Part shown: in pieces, positions 1-9,781 of the stretch
How positions within the stretch are numbered: the stretch's first letter is position 1
Layout: every line of letters begins with the position of its first letter
Made by a program: the position numbers and the translations under genes
The notes under the pieces: model-generated
The model's database searches: none
What the model saw: only the letters and a program-made list of their open reading frames with translations
What the model was told of the DNA's origin: nothing
Assembly: GCA_963726745.1 (NCBI GenBank)
Contig: CAVSDR010000003.1
Location: forward strand, 320,001 to 384,000
Direction of reading: 5' to 3'
Source: an uncultured Verrucomicrobiae bacterium
Lineage (GTDB): Bacteria > Verrucomicrobiota > Verrucomicrobiia > Chthoniobacterales > UBA10450
DNA length: 64,000 bases

Positions 1-2
1 AA

Positions 3-743
3 ACAGCCGACCACCTCATCCGTGCGGAGGCGCAGCAGCGGATGGCCCGGCGGGGTCAGCTCCCACCTTTGCCGCTCACACCGCAGGCGGAGGCCACGCT
101 GGCGCGCTTCGAGCGCGGCGTCTTCCAGCGTAAAGCTTCGCTCTTCGCGCCGCGCTCGCGCGGACCTGCGCCGGCCGTCTGGAGCTTGATCGCGCTCAAC
201 CTCCTGATGTTCGCGATCGAGAGCCTGCTCGGCGGGTCGACCAATCTGCTCACCCTCCACCGCCTGGGCGCGCTCGAGCCGATCGCGGTCTACGTCGGCG
301 GGCAATATTGGCGGCTGCTCGCGGCGCTCTTCCTGCACTACGGGCCGCTCCACTTGTTCGTGAACGTCTATGCGCTCTACGTCCTCGGGCCACGGCTGGA
401 GCGGACCATCGGCTCGCTGCGATTTGCGCTCGCTTACCTCGTCGCCGGGCTCGGCTCGAGCGCGGGCGTGCTCTTGCTCTGGCGGCTGCGATTAATCGAA
501 ACCGATCTGCTGGTCGGCGCGTCGGGCGCGGTTATGGGCATCGTCGGGCTTTGGGCCGGCATCCTCGTGGGGCATCGGCACGTGCCGGTGGCGCGGCGGC
601 AACTGCTAAACATTGGCATCATTGTGGTCATCCAGACCGGGTTCGATTTCCTTTTCCCGCAGGTGAGCATGGGCGCGCACCTGAGCGGACTGGTGAGCGG
701 CTTTCTCCTCGGCCTTTTCGTCCCGCCGAAGGAGCCGTCATGA
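3..743 (+). CDS. Rhomboid-family intramembrane serine protease (probably 5'-partial)
   Basis: WRLLAALFLH..PLHL..N, GASGAV (catalytic Ser) and AHLSG (His) motifs with multiple TM segments; the frame is open back to the window edge. Confidence 0.9.
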   Translation, partial: TADHLIRAEAQQRMARRGQLPPLPLTPQAEATLARFERGVFQRKASLFAPRSRGPAPAVWSLIALNLLMFAIESLLGGSTNLLTLHRLGALEPIAVYVGGQYWRLLAALFLHYGPLHLFVNVYALYVLGPRLERTIGSLRFALAYLVAGLGSSAGVLLLWRLRLIETDLLVGASGAVMGIVGLWAGILVGHRHVPVARRQLLNIGIIVVIQTGFDFLFPQVSMGAHLSGLVSGFLLGLFVPPKEPS

Positions 744-746
744 CGC

Positions 747-774
747 TTGCCGCTCCGGATTTTCCTGACATGCT
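747..774 (+). promoter_or_regulatory. Putative sigma70-type promoter for glgP (TTGCCG-N16-CATGCT)
   Basis: Elements read in the rhomboid-glgP intergenic region; inference only. Confidence 0.35.
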
Positions 775-801
775 TCGCGCCTTAACCCCAAGACCGCCGA
801 C

Positions 802-3363
802 ATGCCGAAGTTCCTAACCTATAACGTCGTCCCGAATCTCCCCGCCGCGCTCGAGCCTCTGCGCGAAATGGTCTTCAACGTCTGGTGGACTTGGGAGCCC
901 TCGGCGCGCGCGCTTTTCCGCCATCTCGACCCCGAGCTCTGGGAGCGAACGAATCACAACCCGGTGCGCATGCTCCAGCTCTCACGTCAGGCGCGCCTGA
1001 CCGAGGTGGCGCAGGACGACGATTTCCTGCGCGAACTGAAGGCAGTCCACACCGCGTTCAAGAAATATCTCGCGCGCAAGGACACCTACGGAAAGACCGG
1101 CGCGGGCAAGGTGCTGAAGAAGCCGGTGGCTTATTTCTCGGCCGAGTTCGGCTTCCACGAATCGATCCCAAACTACTCGGGTGGCCTTGGGATTCTCTCG
1201 GGCGATCATTGCAAATCAGCCAGCGATTTGGACCTGAACTTTGTCGCCATCGGCCTGCTCTATCGGCACGGTTATTTTAAGCAGCAGATTGATCGCGACG
1301 GCGTGCAGCACGCGGAAAGTCTCAATCAGAACTTCCACCATCTCCCGATCCGGGAAGTGCGGAAGGACAATGCCCGTGTGCTCGTCTCGGTGCGCATTCT
1401 CGAACGCGAAGTGCTGGCTAAAATCTGGGAACTGCGCGTCGGCCGGATCACGCTTTATCTGCTCGATACCGACGTGGCCGAGAACTCGCCGGAAGATCGC
1501 CTGATCACCGCGGAGCTCTACGGCGGCGACCTCGAGATGCGCATCCGCCAGGAGATGATCCTCGGCATCGGCGGCGCGCGCGCTCTCGGGGCGCTCGGGA
1601 TCGACGCGCAGGTTTACCACATGAACGAAGGCCACTCGGCCTTCCTCGCGCTCGAGCGCATCCGGCAACTTCACACCGAGAAAGGGCTCGATTTTTACGC
1701 CGCCCTCCAGCTCGTCGCAGCTTCGAATGTTTTCACCACGCACACCCCGGTGCCCGCGGGCAACGACGCTTTCCCGCGCGAGCTCATGCGAAAATACTTT
1801 GGCGATTTCGCCAAGGAAATGGGCATCCCCTTTGACGAACTTTTCACCTTCGGACAGACGCGGGTGAACCCGAGCGATCCCTTCAGCATGACCATCCTCG
1901 CCCTGCGCGCGAGCCGGCACGCGAATGGCGTGAGCGCGCTCCATGGCGACGTCAGCCGCGGCCTTTGGAAAGATGTCTGGACCGGCGTGCCAGTGGGGGA
2001 AGTGCCGATCACCAGCATCACCAACGGCATCCACACCAAGACCTGGATGGCGCCGGAATTCTCTGCGCTCTACACGAAGTATCTCGGCGATTGGGAGGAG
2101 AACCTTACCGACGCCGATTTCTGGCGCGGGGTGATCGACATCCCGGACGCGGAGCTTTGGGAAACGCACCAAAAGCTCAAGCTGCGGCTGGTGAATTTCG
2201 TCCGGGCACGCGTGCGCGCACGCCGGGTGCGCATCGGCGATTCGCCGGAAGCGATTCGGCGCGCAAACAGCATTCTCGATCCGGAGATTCTCACGATCGG
2301 TTTCGCCCGGCGCTTTGCGACCTACAAGCGCGGCGCGCTCCTTTTCAGCAACCGCGAACGCCTCGCGAAGCTCTTGCATGACAGCACGCGACCGGTGCAA
2401 TTCATCTTTGCCGGCAAGTCGCATCCGCGCGACGAAGGCGGCAAGGCGCTCATCCAGGAAGTCTACAAATTCTCGCGCGAAGAAGGCTTCGAGAACCGGA
2501 TCGTTTTCGTGGAGGACTACGACACCTACATCGCGCGCCGGCTCGTCCAGGGCGTGGATCTTTGGCTGAACAATCCGCTCCGCCCGCTCGAGGCCAGCGG
2601 CACCAGCGGGATGAAGTTGCCGCCTAATGGCGGGCTCAACCTCAGCGTGCTCGATGGCTGGTGGTGCGAGAGCTACAACGGCAAAAACGGCTGGGCCATC
2701 GGCGAGGAAATCCTCGACGGCTCGGTGGAATTCCAGAGCGAAGTCGACTCCACCAGCCTCTACCAATTGCTCGAGAACCAGATCATTCCGCTCTACTACG
2801 CGAAGCCCGACGGCAAGCTCCCGCTCGCCTGGCTTCAGCTCATGCGCGAGTCCATCCGCAGCGTCACCCCGGTCTTCAACACCCACCGGATGGTCTCGGA
2901 ATACACCGAGCGCCTCTACGCGCCCGCGCTCAAGGCGCACCAGGAATTCGCCGAAGGCAATGGCCGCGCAGCCACGGAGTTGAGCCAATGGAAGGCGCGC
3001 ATCCGGCAGGATTGGCCGCAGGTGCGGATCTACGACGTGCAGGTGGGGAACGAAAACCGCCACAACATCCTCGTGGGCGACGCGCTCAAAGTGTCGGCTA
3101 AAATTCATCTCGGCGCGGTCGACCCGCAGCACGTGCGCGTGGAGGCCTACTACGGCGAGCCGGGGAAAGACGACGTCGCGAACGTCTCGCGGCCCGCGAT
3201 CGCCGTGCTCCAGCAGAATGCCCACCAGGCGAACGGCCACTACTTTTACGAAGGTGAAGTCCCGGCCAGCGAAAGCGGGACCTACGCCTTCAGCGTGCGC
3301 GTGGTCCCGACACATCCACATCTCATGCAAGGCCACGAGCTGCGGTTGATCACCTGGTCCTAA
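802..3363 (+). CDS. glgP: Alpha-glucan (glycogen) phosphorylase, DUF3417-type N-terminus
   Basis: YFSAEFG, YSGGLGILSGDH, HMNEGH, FTTHTPVPAG, GFARRFATYKR and the PLP motif EASGTSGMK; 853 aa. Confidence 0.96.
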   Translation: MPKFLTYNVVPNLPAALEPLREMVFNVWWTWEPSARALFRHLDPELWERTNHNPVRMLQLSRQARLTEVAQDDDFLRELKAVHTAFKKYLARKDTYGKTGAGKVLKKPVAYFSAEFGFHESIPNYSGGLGILSGDHCKSASDLDLNFVAIGLLYRHGYFKQQIDRDGVQHAESLNQNFHHLPIREVRKDNARVLVSVRILEREVLAKIWELRVGRITLYLLDTDVAENSPEDRLITAELYGGDLEMRIRQEMILGIGGARALGALGIDAQVYHMNEGHSAFLALERIRQLHTEKGLDFYAALQLVAASNVFTTHTPVPAGNDAFPRELMRKYFGDFAKEMGIPFDELFTFGQTRVNPSDPFSMTILALRASRHANGVSALHGDVSRGLWKDVWTGVPVGEVPITSITNGIHTKTWMAPEFSALYTKYLGDWEENLTDADFWRGVIDIPDAELWETHQKLKLRLVNFVRARVRARRVRIGDSPEAIRRANSILDPEILTIGFARRFATYKRGALLFSNRERLAKLLHDSTRPVQFIFAGKSHPRDEGGKALIQEVYKFSREEGFENRIVFVEDYDTYIARRLVQGVDLWLNNPLRPLEASGTSGMKLPPNGGLNLSVLDGWWCESYNGKNGWAIGEEILDGSVEFQSEVDSTSLYQLLENQIIPLYYAKPDGKLPLAWLQLMRESIRSVTPVFNTHRMVSEYTERLYAPALKAHQEFAEGNGRAATELSQWKARIRQDWPQVRIYDVQVGNENRHNILVGDALKVSAKIHLGAVDPQHVRVEAYYGEPGKDDVANVSRPAIAVLQQNAHQANGHYFYEGEVPASESGTYAFSVRVVPTHPHLMQGHELRLITWS

Positions 3364-3378
3364 CGAGTCATTTCTCCC

Positions 3379-4527
3379 ATGCCTGACCTCCCCCCAGAGG
3401 AACAAAACCCGGCAGCCCCCCGGCGCCGGACACTCACGCCGGAGCAGCGCAGCTTCCTGGGCACGCCGCGCAAAAGCTCCGAGCCGGCGCGCGAGTCGCC
3501 GACACCGGCGCCGGAGCGGCCCGCGAGTTCTCCGAAGGAAGCAACGCCTTCGCATCCGGCCGAGCGCCGGTCTCACTCCTCGCCGGGCGGCCGCGTCCCG
3601 CCGCAGCCGCAGGCCCAGGCGCGCACGGAGCAATCGCGCGTGGTCGAATTGCAAACCGCGATCTACGTCCTGGGCGGCCTCCTGGCTCTCGGAATGATCT
3701 TCTACGCGGGCTTGAAATTCGACGCGGTGAAGTATCACCTGCTCACCCGCATCCGCGGGAGCGAGCAACTCGAACGCGGACCGGATAAATATCCCGGGCT
3801 CTCGAGCGACGAGTTGCTCGAGACCGCGCTCGCCGCGGAAAAGCGCGGCGACTGGAAGGAAGCCACCGACCGCATGATCGCGGCCAAGCAAAAGGATCAC
3901 GCTTTAGCCGGCGTGCTCTTCCGCGTGGGCAAGGGCAGCTATGAGCGCGGCGATTTCGAGGGTGCCGCGGTCGCGCTCGAGCATGCGATTCGCTTGGGCG
4001 AAAACCTGGCCGCGGCGAACTATTATCGCGGGTTGATCGCGGCCAAGCGCAAAGACCTGGCCGCGGCCGCGGGCTACTTCGAGGCGGCCACCAAAGCCGA
4101 CCCGTTCGTCGCCGACTACTTCTATTTTTGGGGCGAAGCCTTGCGGCTGGATCAACGTCCGCGCGAAGCCATCCGGCGCTACCAGCAGGCGCTCGAACGC
4201 ACTCCCGGCAGCGCCGATGCCGAGCTGTGCCAGTTCAAGATTCGGCTGGCGCGCATCGAAGCGGCCGAGGTGCCGCAAGTCGCGGCCGACGTGGCCGCGG
4301 CGCGCGCGGCGGGGCCGCTTTCCACTTCCTGGCTGCTGACAGATGCGGCACTGCAACTGCACGCGGGCCGGATAGCCGAGGCCCGCCAACTGATCGATGA
4401 CGCCCGCGCTGCCAGCGCCAGCCAGCTTTTCCTCACCTGCGTGAGCGACAACGTCTTCCTGCGGGCCGCCGAGGCTCATCCGGAAATAGCCGCCGCCCTC
4501 CGGCCCGCGCCCGCGCCCGCTCGTTAG
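3379..4527 (+). CDS. Membrane-anchored TPR protein
   Basis: Pro-rich N-terminus, one TM helix, TPR-like helical repeats. Confidence 0.8.
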   Translation: MPDLPPEEQNPAAPRRRTLTPEQRSFLGTPRKSSEPARESPTPAPERPASSPKEATPSHPAERRSHSSPGGRVPPQPQAQARTEQSRVVELQTAIYVLGGLLALGMIFYAGLKFDAVKYHLLTRIRGSEQLERGPDKYPGLSSDELLETALAAEKRGDWKEATDRMIAAKQKDHALAGVLFRVGKGSYERGDFEGAAVALEHAIRLGENLAAANYYRGLIAAKRKDLAAAAGYFEAATKADPFVADYFYFWGEALRLDQRPREAIRRYQQALERTPGSADAELCQFKIRLARIEAAEVPQVAADVAAARAAGPLSTSWLLTDAALQLHAGRIAEARQLIDDARAASASQLFLTCVSDNVFLRAAEAHPEIAAALRPAPAPAR

Positions 4528-4573
4528 GCGCAGGCATGAGAAGATAAGCGAGCCGCAGCCTGATCCAGCCCGA

Positions 4574-6487
4574 TCAGGGAACGAAATTCGCGCGCCGCAG
4601 AAAGTCGGCGTAACGCGGATCAGCGCGCAGAGGATCGAAGAGCGGATTCATTTTCAAGGGGATCGCGCCGCCATTCGTATGCTCTTGGAAGACGCGCTCC
4701 AGGTAGGCGAAAGCCGCCTCTTTCTCCCCCAAGCCGATGGAAACAAGCAGCGGCCATTGCGGCGAAACTGCGACTCTTTGCGCGAGTTCCCTGAGCTGCC
4801 GCAAAACGGCTTCCGCCTCCGCGCGCTGACCGGCCATGCCGTGGATGTAGCCGAGCCAGCCGAGGTGCATCGGGTTGGTTTCGATCTCCTTGATCTGGCG
4901 CATCTCCGTGAGGGCCTCCTCGTGTTTCCCTTGCAGCGAGAAGGTGAGCGCGAGCAGGCCGCGCGCGACCGCGAATTGCGGATCCATCTCCAACGCGCGC
5001 CGGTACTGCGCGACCGCTTCATCGTAGCGCCGCGCGAGCATCAGGACCTTGCCGATGTCGGCGCTGATCACGACGGAGAGCGGGTCCAGTGCTCCCGCCA
5101 GCCGGATCTCCGCGATCCCCTCCTCCACGCGTCCCAGTTGCACGAGGAATTCTCCGTTCCACTGGTGGGCGGTGGCGTAGTTCGGATTCAACTCGAAGGT
5201 GCGCTTGAATTCACGCTCCGCCTTCGGCCAATCCCAATCGAAATTGAACGCCAGGAGCGCGAGCGAGGCGTGCGCTTCCGGCAACGTCTCGTCGAGTTCC
5301 AACGCTTTCTGCAAGGCGGCGCGACCTCGCCCGAGCGCCTCTTTTTGGCCCGCGGCATCGTCGCCTCCGAGGAACAGGTAGGCATCGGCCAGGCCCGCGT
5401 AGGCCTGGGCATAGGCCGGATCGCGGTCGATGGCCTCCGTGAAATGCGTCACGGCCAGGCGATAGCCTTCCACGCTGCGCTTGTTCCAAAAATAGCGGCC
5501 CCGCATGCAGGCTTGATGCGCCGCGACGCTGGCCGTCGGTTTGGCTCGGAGGGCGGTTTGCTCGGAACCAGTCAGCCGAGTGGCGAGCGAAGTGACGATG
5601 CGCTGGGCCACCTCCGTTTCGACCGCGAACATGTCGGTTAATTTTCGGTCGTAGACCTCGGCCCAGAGATGGGTGTCGGTCGGCGCGTGGATTAACTGCA
5701 CCGTTACGCGCACGGTCTCGCCGGATTTTTGCACGCTGCCTTCCAGGAGATGGGTCACTCCGAGTTGCTGCGCGATTTCGCGCACGTTCTGCGGCGAGCT
5801 TTTGAACTGCTCGGTGGAAGTGCGCGAGATGACTTTCAGCGCCGCGATTTTCGAGAGGCGCGCGAGAATTTCGTCCTTCACCCCGTCGGCAAAATAGGCG
5901 TTCTCGGGATCGCCGCTCAGATTGGCGAAAGGCAGGACGGCGATACTCCTCTCCGCGATTGGAACGCCGGGAGACTTTCGCCAGAAGACAGCGGCCACCG
6001 CGGCGAGAACGAGCAGGGCGATGACGCCGCCGAAAAGGGCGATGCGCCGGTACCCGCCCCGACCGCCAGCCGGCGACGTCTCGGCCGCAACTGATGACGG
6101 CTCGCCGCCCGTGGTGCCGCCTCCGGCGCTCGCCTCGCAAGCGTCTCCACCCGCATGTGCAGGTCGCACTTCCGGCACGAACCGGTAGCCGCGTCCCGGC
6201 ACCGTGACGATGTAACGGTGCGCGCCGGGGCTGTCGCCAAAGAGGCGGCGCAACGTGGAGATATTTTGCGCCAGGTTGTTTTCCTCTACGGCGCAATCGG
6301 GCCAGAGGGCGTCCATGAGCACCTCTTTCTCGAGCACCCGTCCGGTGTTTTCGATGAAGTATCGCAGGGTCTCAAAAACCCGCGGGGTTAGCGGGACCCG
6401 AGTGCCATCCTGCCGCCAAACCGCGCGCTCCTCGAGATCGACCCGGAAGTCCCCGAATTCCAACACCTGTTTACCCGGAGCAAGCAT
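4574..6487 (-). CDS. Transmembrane one-component regulator: OmpR/CadC-type wHTH, TM, TolB-like domain and TPRs
   Basis: N-terminal LTPRVFETL...VEENNLAQNISTLRR...IVTVPGRGYRF; SIAVLPFANLS..ENAYFADG; C-terminal TPRs. Confidence 0.92.
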   Translation of the reverse strand: MLAPGKQVLEFGDFRVDLEERAVWRQDGTRVPLTPRVFETLRYFIENTGRVLEKEVLMDALWPDCAVEENNLAQNISTLRRLFGDSPGAHRYIVTVPGRGYRFVPEVRPAHAGGDACEASAGGGTTGGEPSSVAAETSPAGGRGGYRRIALFGGVIALLVLAAVAAVFWRKSPGVPIAERSIAVLPFANLSGDPENAYFADGVKDEILARLSKIAALKVISRTSTEQFKSSPQNVREIAQQLGVTHLLEGSVQKSGETVRVTVQLIHAPTDTHLWAEVYDRKLTDMFAVETEVAQRIVTSLATRLTGSEQTALRAKPTASVAAHQACMRGRYFWNKRSVEGYRLAVTHFTEAIDRDPAYAQAYAGLADAYLFLGGDDAAGQKEALGRGRAALQKALELDETLPEAHASLALLAFNFDWDWPKAEREFKRTFELNPNYATAHQWNGEFLVQLGRVEEGIAEIRLAGALDPLSVVISADIGKVLMLARRYDEAVAQYRRALEMDPQFAVARGLLALTFSLQGKHEEALTEMRQIKEIETNPMHLGWLGYIHGMAGQRAEAEAVLRQLRELAQRVAVSPQWPLLVSIGLGEKEAAFAYLERVFQEHTNGGAIPLKMNPLFDPLRADPRYADFLRRANFVP

Positions 6488-6492
6488 GCCGA

Positions 6493-6537
6493 TTCAGAAG
6501 ATTCATCGAATTTCAGCAGCATCCTAAAGACTTTCAG
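6493..6537. promoter_or_regulatory. Phased TTCA(G/T) direct repeats, putative wHTH operator
   Basis: TTCAG 6493, TTCAT 6502, TTCAG 6512, TTCAG 6533 (about 10-bp spacing) in the divergent intergenic region. Confidence 0.5.
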
Positions 6538-6622
6538 ACGCAAACCGAAGAAAAATGGGTGCGCATCGAACTCGCCGTGCCGGCAGCTGATGCAAGCAGG
6601 AAACCCATCAGGCAGACCGATT

Positions 6623-8434
6623 ATGAAATCTCGCATTCTTCTTCTCCTTTTGACCCTTCTCGCTCTCGGCAGCTTAACGGCGCAAGTGCCACCGCTGATT
6701 AACTATCAGGGCCGCGTCGCGGTGGGTAACGTCAACTTCGACGGCACCGGCCAGTTCAAATTCGCGCTCGTAAACAGTGACGGCAGCCTGACGCTGTGGA
6801 GCAACGACGGCACGAGCACAGCAGGGAGCGAACCGGCCACGGCAGTCGCGCTCCCGGTCAGTCGCGGGCTCTATTCCGTTTTGCTCGGGAACGACACGCT
6901 TCCGAATATGAGCGCGCTCCCCACCAGCGCCTTCGCGAATCCGGACGTGCGTCTGCGGGTCTGGTTCAATGATGGCACCAACGGCTCGCAGCTCCTGACG
7001 CCGGATCAACGCCTCGCGCCTTCCCCCTACCTCGCGGATTCTGCGGTCACCACGGCGAAGATCGCGCCGGGCGCCGTCACCGGCCCGAAGATCGCGCCCT
7101 CCTCGATCAGCGGCGCGAACATCGCCCCGGGCTCGCTCGACTTTGGCCACCTCACCGTTCCCGCTGCGCCGGCCGCCGGCCAGGTGCTGGGGTTTAACGG
7201 CACGACTCTCAACTGGACGGCGCCGGGCGCTGGCGACGGCATCTGGGCCATCAACGGCGCCAACGCCTTTCGCAGCACCGGCAACGTCGGCATCGGCACG
7301 AACGTGCCCACGACCCGCCTGGAGCTGCGCACCGTCTCGGGCAATTACGGATTCCTCCACTCCGACGGCACGATCCAGGTGGGCACCTACGTGGGCAACA
7401 GCGCCTCTGGAGCGATCGGTGGCTGGCTCGGGACGCTCTCGAATCACCCGCTGCATCTTTTCACCAACAACGGCCAGCCTTCCGCGACTCTCAGCACGGG
7501 GGGCAACTTTGGGCTCGGCACGGCTACTCCCGGAGCGAGACTGCATATCTTTAATCCCACGGCCACTGTGGGCGAGGTCATCGAGACCGGCGGCGGCATC
7601 AACTCGCAGTCCGTCCTGGGATTCAAAAACCTGAACGGCCAATGGAACGTCGGCACGTCGCGTGGATTCAACAATGACATGCTCTTCATGGATCGGCTCG
7701 GGACCACGCCGATCGAATTCCAGCTCTCCGCTGCCGGCGCGCTCGGTCTCGGCATCGAACCGCAGGCCAAACTGCACCTCTTCGATCCCACGAACTCCGT
7801 CAGCCACCGCATCCAGAGTAACGGCGGCACGAACACCTGGTCGCGCGTCGAGTTCGCGAATCCGAACGGGCAATGGACCGTCGGCACTTCGCGCGCGTTT
7901 AATGGCGACCAGTTCTACATCTATCGCGAAGGCGCCAGCGGGATCGCCTTCGCGGTGCAGCCGAATGGCGACGCCTCGCTCCTCGGCACGATGTCGGTCA
8001 AGGTGCTCACGATCCGCGGCGGCGCGGACCTCGCGGAGCCGTTCGCGATGAGCCACCGCGGCATCCTGCCAGGGGCAGTCGTGAGCATCGATCCGCAGAA
8101 TCCCGGCAAGCTGCGGCTGAGCGGCCGCGCTTACGACAACAAAGTCGCGGGCATCGTCTCCGGCGCGAACGGGATCAAGCCCGGCATCTCCATGATCGAC
8201 GAAGCGCAGCTCGAACCCGGCGAAAACGTCGCGCTGAGCGGCCGCGTTTACGTGCAAGCGAACAACTCCGCCGGACCGATCGAGCCGGGCGATCTGCTTA
8301 CCAGCTCGGAAGTGCCCGGTGAAGCCATGCGAGCCGCGGATCATCGACGCGCGCAAGGTTCGATCATCGGCAAAGCGATGACGCCGCTCGAGGGTGAATC
8401 CGGCACGGTGCTCGTGCTCGTGACGTTGCAATGA
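6623..8434 (+). CDS. Secreted tail-fibre/tailspike-like protein with a putative C-terminal autocleaving chaperone domain
   Basis: Signal peptide MKSRILLLLL...TAQ, INYQGR N-domain, VTTAKIA repeats, GNVGIGT..P..RLE repeats, C-terminal GGADLAEPF...VALSGRV...IEPGDLLTSS...GKAM. Confidence 0.75.
   Translation: MKSRILLLLLTLLALGSLTAQVPPLINYQGRVAVGNVNFDGTGQFKFALVNSDGSLTLWSNDGTSTAGSEPATAVALPVSRGLYSVLLGNDTLPNMSALPTSAFANPDVRLRVWFNDGTNGSQLLTPDQRLAPSPYLADSAVTTAKIAPGAVTGPKIAPSSISGANIAPGSLDFGHLTVPAAPAAGQVLGFNGTTLNWTAPGAGDGIWAINGANAFRSTGNVGIGTNVPTTRLELRTVSGNYGFLHSDGTIQVGTYVGNSASGAIGGWLGTLSNHPLHLFTNNGQPSATLSTGGNFGLGTATPGARLHIFNPTATVGEVIETGGGINSQSVLGFKNLNGQWNVGTSRGFNNDMLFMDRLGTTPIEFQLSAAGALGLGIEPQAKLHLFDPTNSVSHRIQSNGGTNTWSRVEFANPNGQWTVGTSRAFNGDQFYIYREGASGIAFAVQPNGDASLLGTMSVKVLTIRGGADLAEPFAMSHRGILPGAVVSIDPQNPGKLRLSGRAYDNKVAGIVSGANGIKPGISMIDEAQLEPGENVALSGRVYVQANNSAGPIEPGDLLTSSEVPGEAMRAADHRRAQGSIIGKAMTPLEGESGTVLVLVTLQ
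7500..7975 (+). repeat. Two ~80-aa internal tandem repeats in the tailspike-like protein
   Basis: GLG..P.A.LH.F.PT.....I...GG.N..S...F.N.NGQW.VGTSR.FN.D occurs twice. Confidence 0.8.
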
Positions 8435-9774
8435 GGGCAGTCGGCTGGCTATTTTGCGTGCTCTTCTGCGCTCAGCTCGGGAGCATGCGCGCGACGCAGG
8501 CCATGCATCCCATCGCGCTGGCGACGGAGCCGCTCGCGAACGCCACCGGCGAGACGCGCATGCATGTTGTCGGCGTGGTCGCCATCCCCGGCGCCACGGT
8601 CCTGCGCGTGCCTTTGGCAGAGGCGAACCTCGGCGCAGCAAGCAAGGTGCGTTTCGTTTCGCTGCGCGACGGCCAAAGCCAAACGCTCGACGCCGCGCAC
8701 CTCGCGCTTTGGGCGCAGACCAGTGCGCTGTTTAATGGTGACGCGGTGCGAGTGGAGCTGCTCATCGCGCCGGGAGACAGCGCGGTCTCGCTGCGCGTGC
8801 GGGAAGCCTTCAGCTACACCCTCGCGGTAGAGACGCAGCAGCCCGTGGGGATCGAGACGCTCTGCGGCGCCGATGATCGCGTCGCTTCCAGAGATAATCG
8901 CGTCGGCCGGCTGAATGGGAACTGCACCGGCTGGCTGGTCTCGAACGGCGGCGTCCTCACGGCGGGCCATTGCGCGATCGTGGGCGGGAGCATTTTCGAA
9001 GTGAACGTGCCCGCTTCCCAACCCAACGGCGTCACCGTCGCCGCCGCGGTCGAGGATCAATTCCCCGTCATCGGCACCTCGATCGTGCTTTCAAACGGCG
9101 GCGCCGGCAACGACTGGCAGGTGTTCACCCTCGGGCCGAACAACCTCGACCAGCTCGCGCATGAAACGCACGGATTCTTCCGCATGATCACCGCCGTCCC
9201 ACCGGCCGCCGCCAGCACCCGCGTCACAGGTTTCGGTGTTGATAACACCCCGGCGGGAAGCGATCCCACCACCTGCGGGAATTTAAATGCTGCCGGCAGT
9301 TGCACGCATCCTGCGCCGAATGCGCAAAATCAGACGCTCCAGACCGCCATCGGACCCTTCACCGCACTGAGTGGGAGCACGCTGACCTACGCGGTCGACA
9401 CGGAGCCGGCGAATTCCGGTAGCCCCATCATTTGGGAAGCGAACGGTTTCGCCATCGGCATCCATGCCCAGGCCGGTTGCACCGCGACCGGGGGATCGAA
9501 CAACGGCACCTCCTTCGGCCTCGCCGCGCTCGAGAACGCGATCGCCGCCGTGCCCGGCCCGGAGACGCTGTATCTCGATACCCTCCCATCGCCCGGCGTA
9601 GTGGAAGACGGCACCATTTTCCGCCCGCACGACACCTTGGCCGAGGCAGTCGCGACCGTGCCCGTCAGCGGAAGGATCTCGATCGTGCGCGGCAATTACG
9701 CGGCCGCCGGGACGACGATCAGCAAGGCCATGATCCTGAGCGCGCCTGTGGGCGTGGTGAATTTAGGAAACTGA
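8431..9774 (+). CDS. Secreted trypsin-like (S1) serine protease
   Basis: Signal peptide; LTAGHC (His), NDW (Asp), ANSGSP (Ser); ATGA overlap with the upstream gene. Confidence 0.88.
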   Translation: MRAVGWLFCVLFCAQLGSMRATQAMHPIALATEPLANATGETRMHVVGVVAIPGATVLRVPLAEANLGAASKVRFVSLRDGQSQTLDAAHLALWAQTSALFNGDAVRVELLIAPGDSAVSLRVREAFSYTLAVETQQPVGIETLCGADDRVASRDNRVGRLNGNCTGWLVSNGGVLTAGHCAIVGGSIFEVNVPASQPNGVTVAAAVEDQFPVIGTSIVLSNGGAGNDWQVFTLGPNNLDQLAHETHGFFRMITAVPPAAASTRVTGFGVDNTPAGSDPTTCGNLNAAGSCTHPAPNAQNQTLQTAIGPFTALSGSTLTYAVDTEPANSGSPIIWEANGFAIGIHAQAGCTATGGSNNGTSFGLAALENAIAAVPGPETLYLDTLPSPGVVEDGTIFRPHDTLAEAVATVPVSGRISIVRGNYAAAGTTISKAMILSAPVGVVNLGN

Positions 9775-9781
9775 AATCGGC

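Noticed and set aside
1216..3900. Long antisense ORFs (e.g. 894 aa here; also 6674-8641, 19751-21463, 34225-35880)
   Set aside because: Shadow ORFs of real genes in high-GC DNA; no recognisable motifs.
6623..8434. Prophage remnant
   Set aside because: The fibre-like gene has a signal peptide, and there are no capsid, terminase, integrase or att features.
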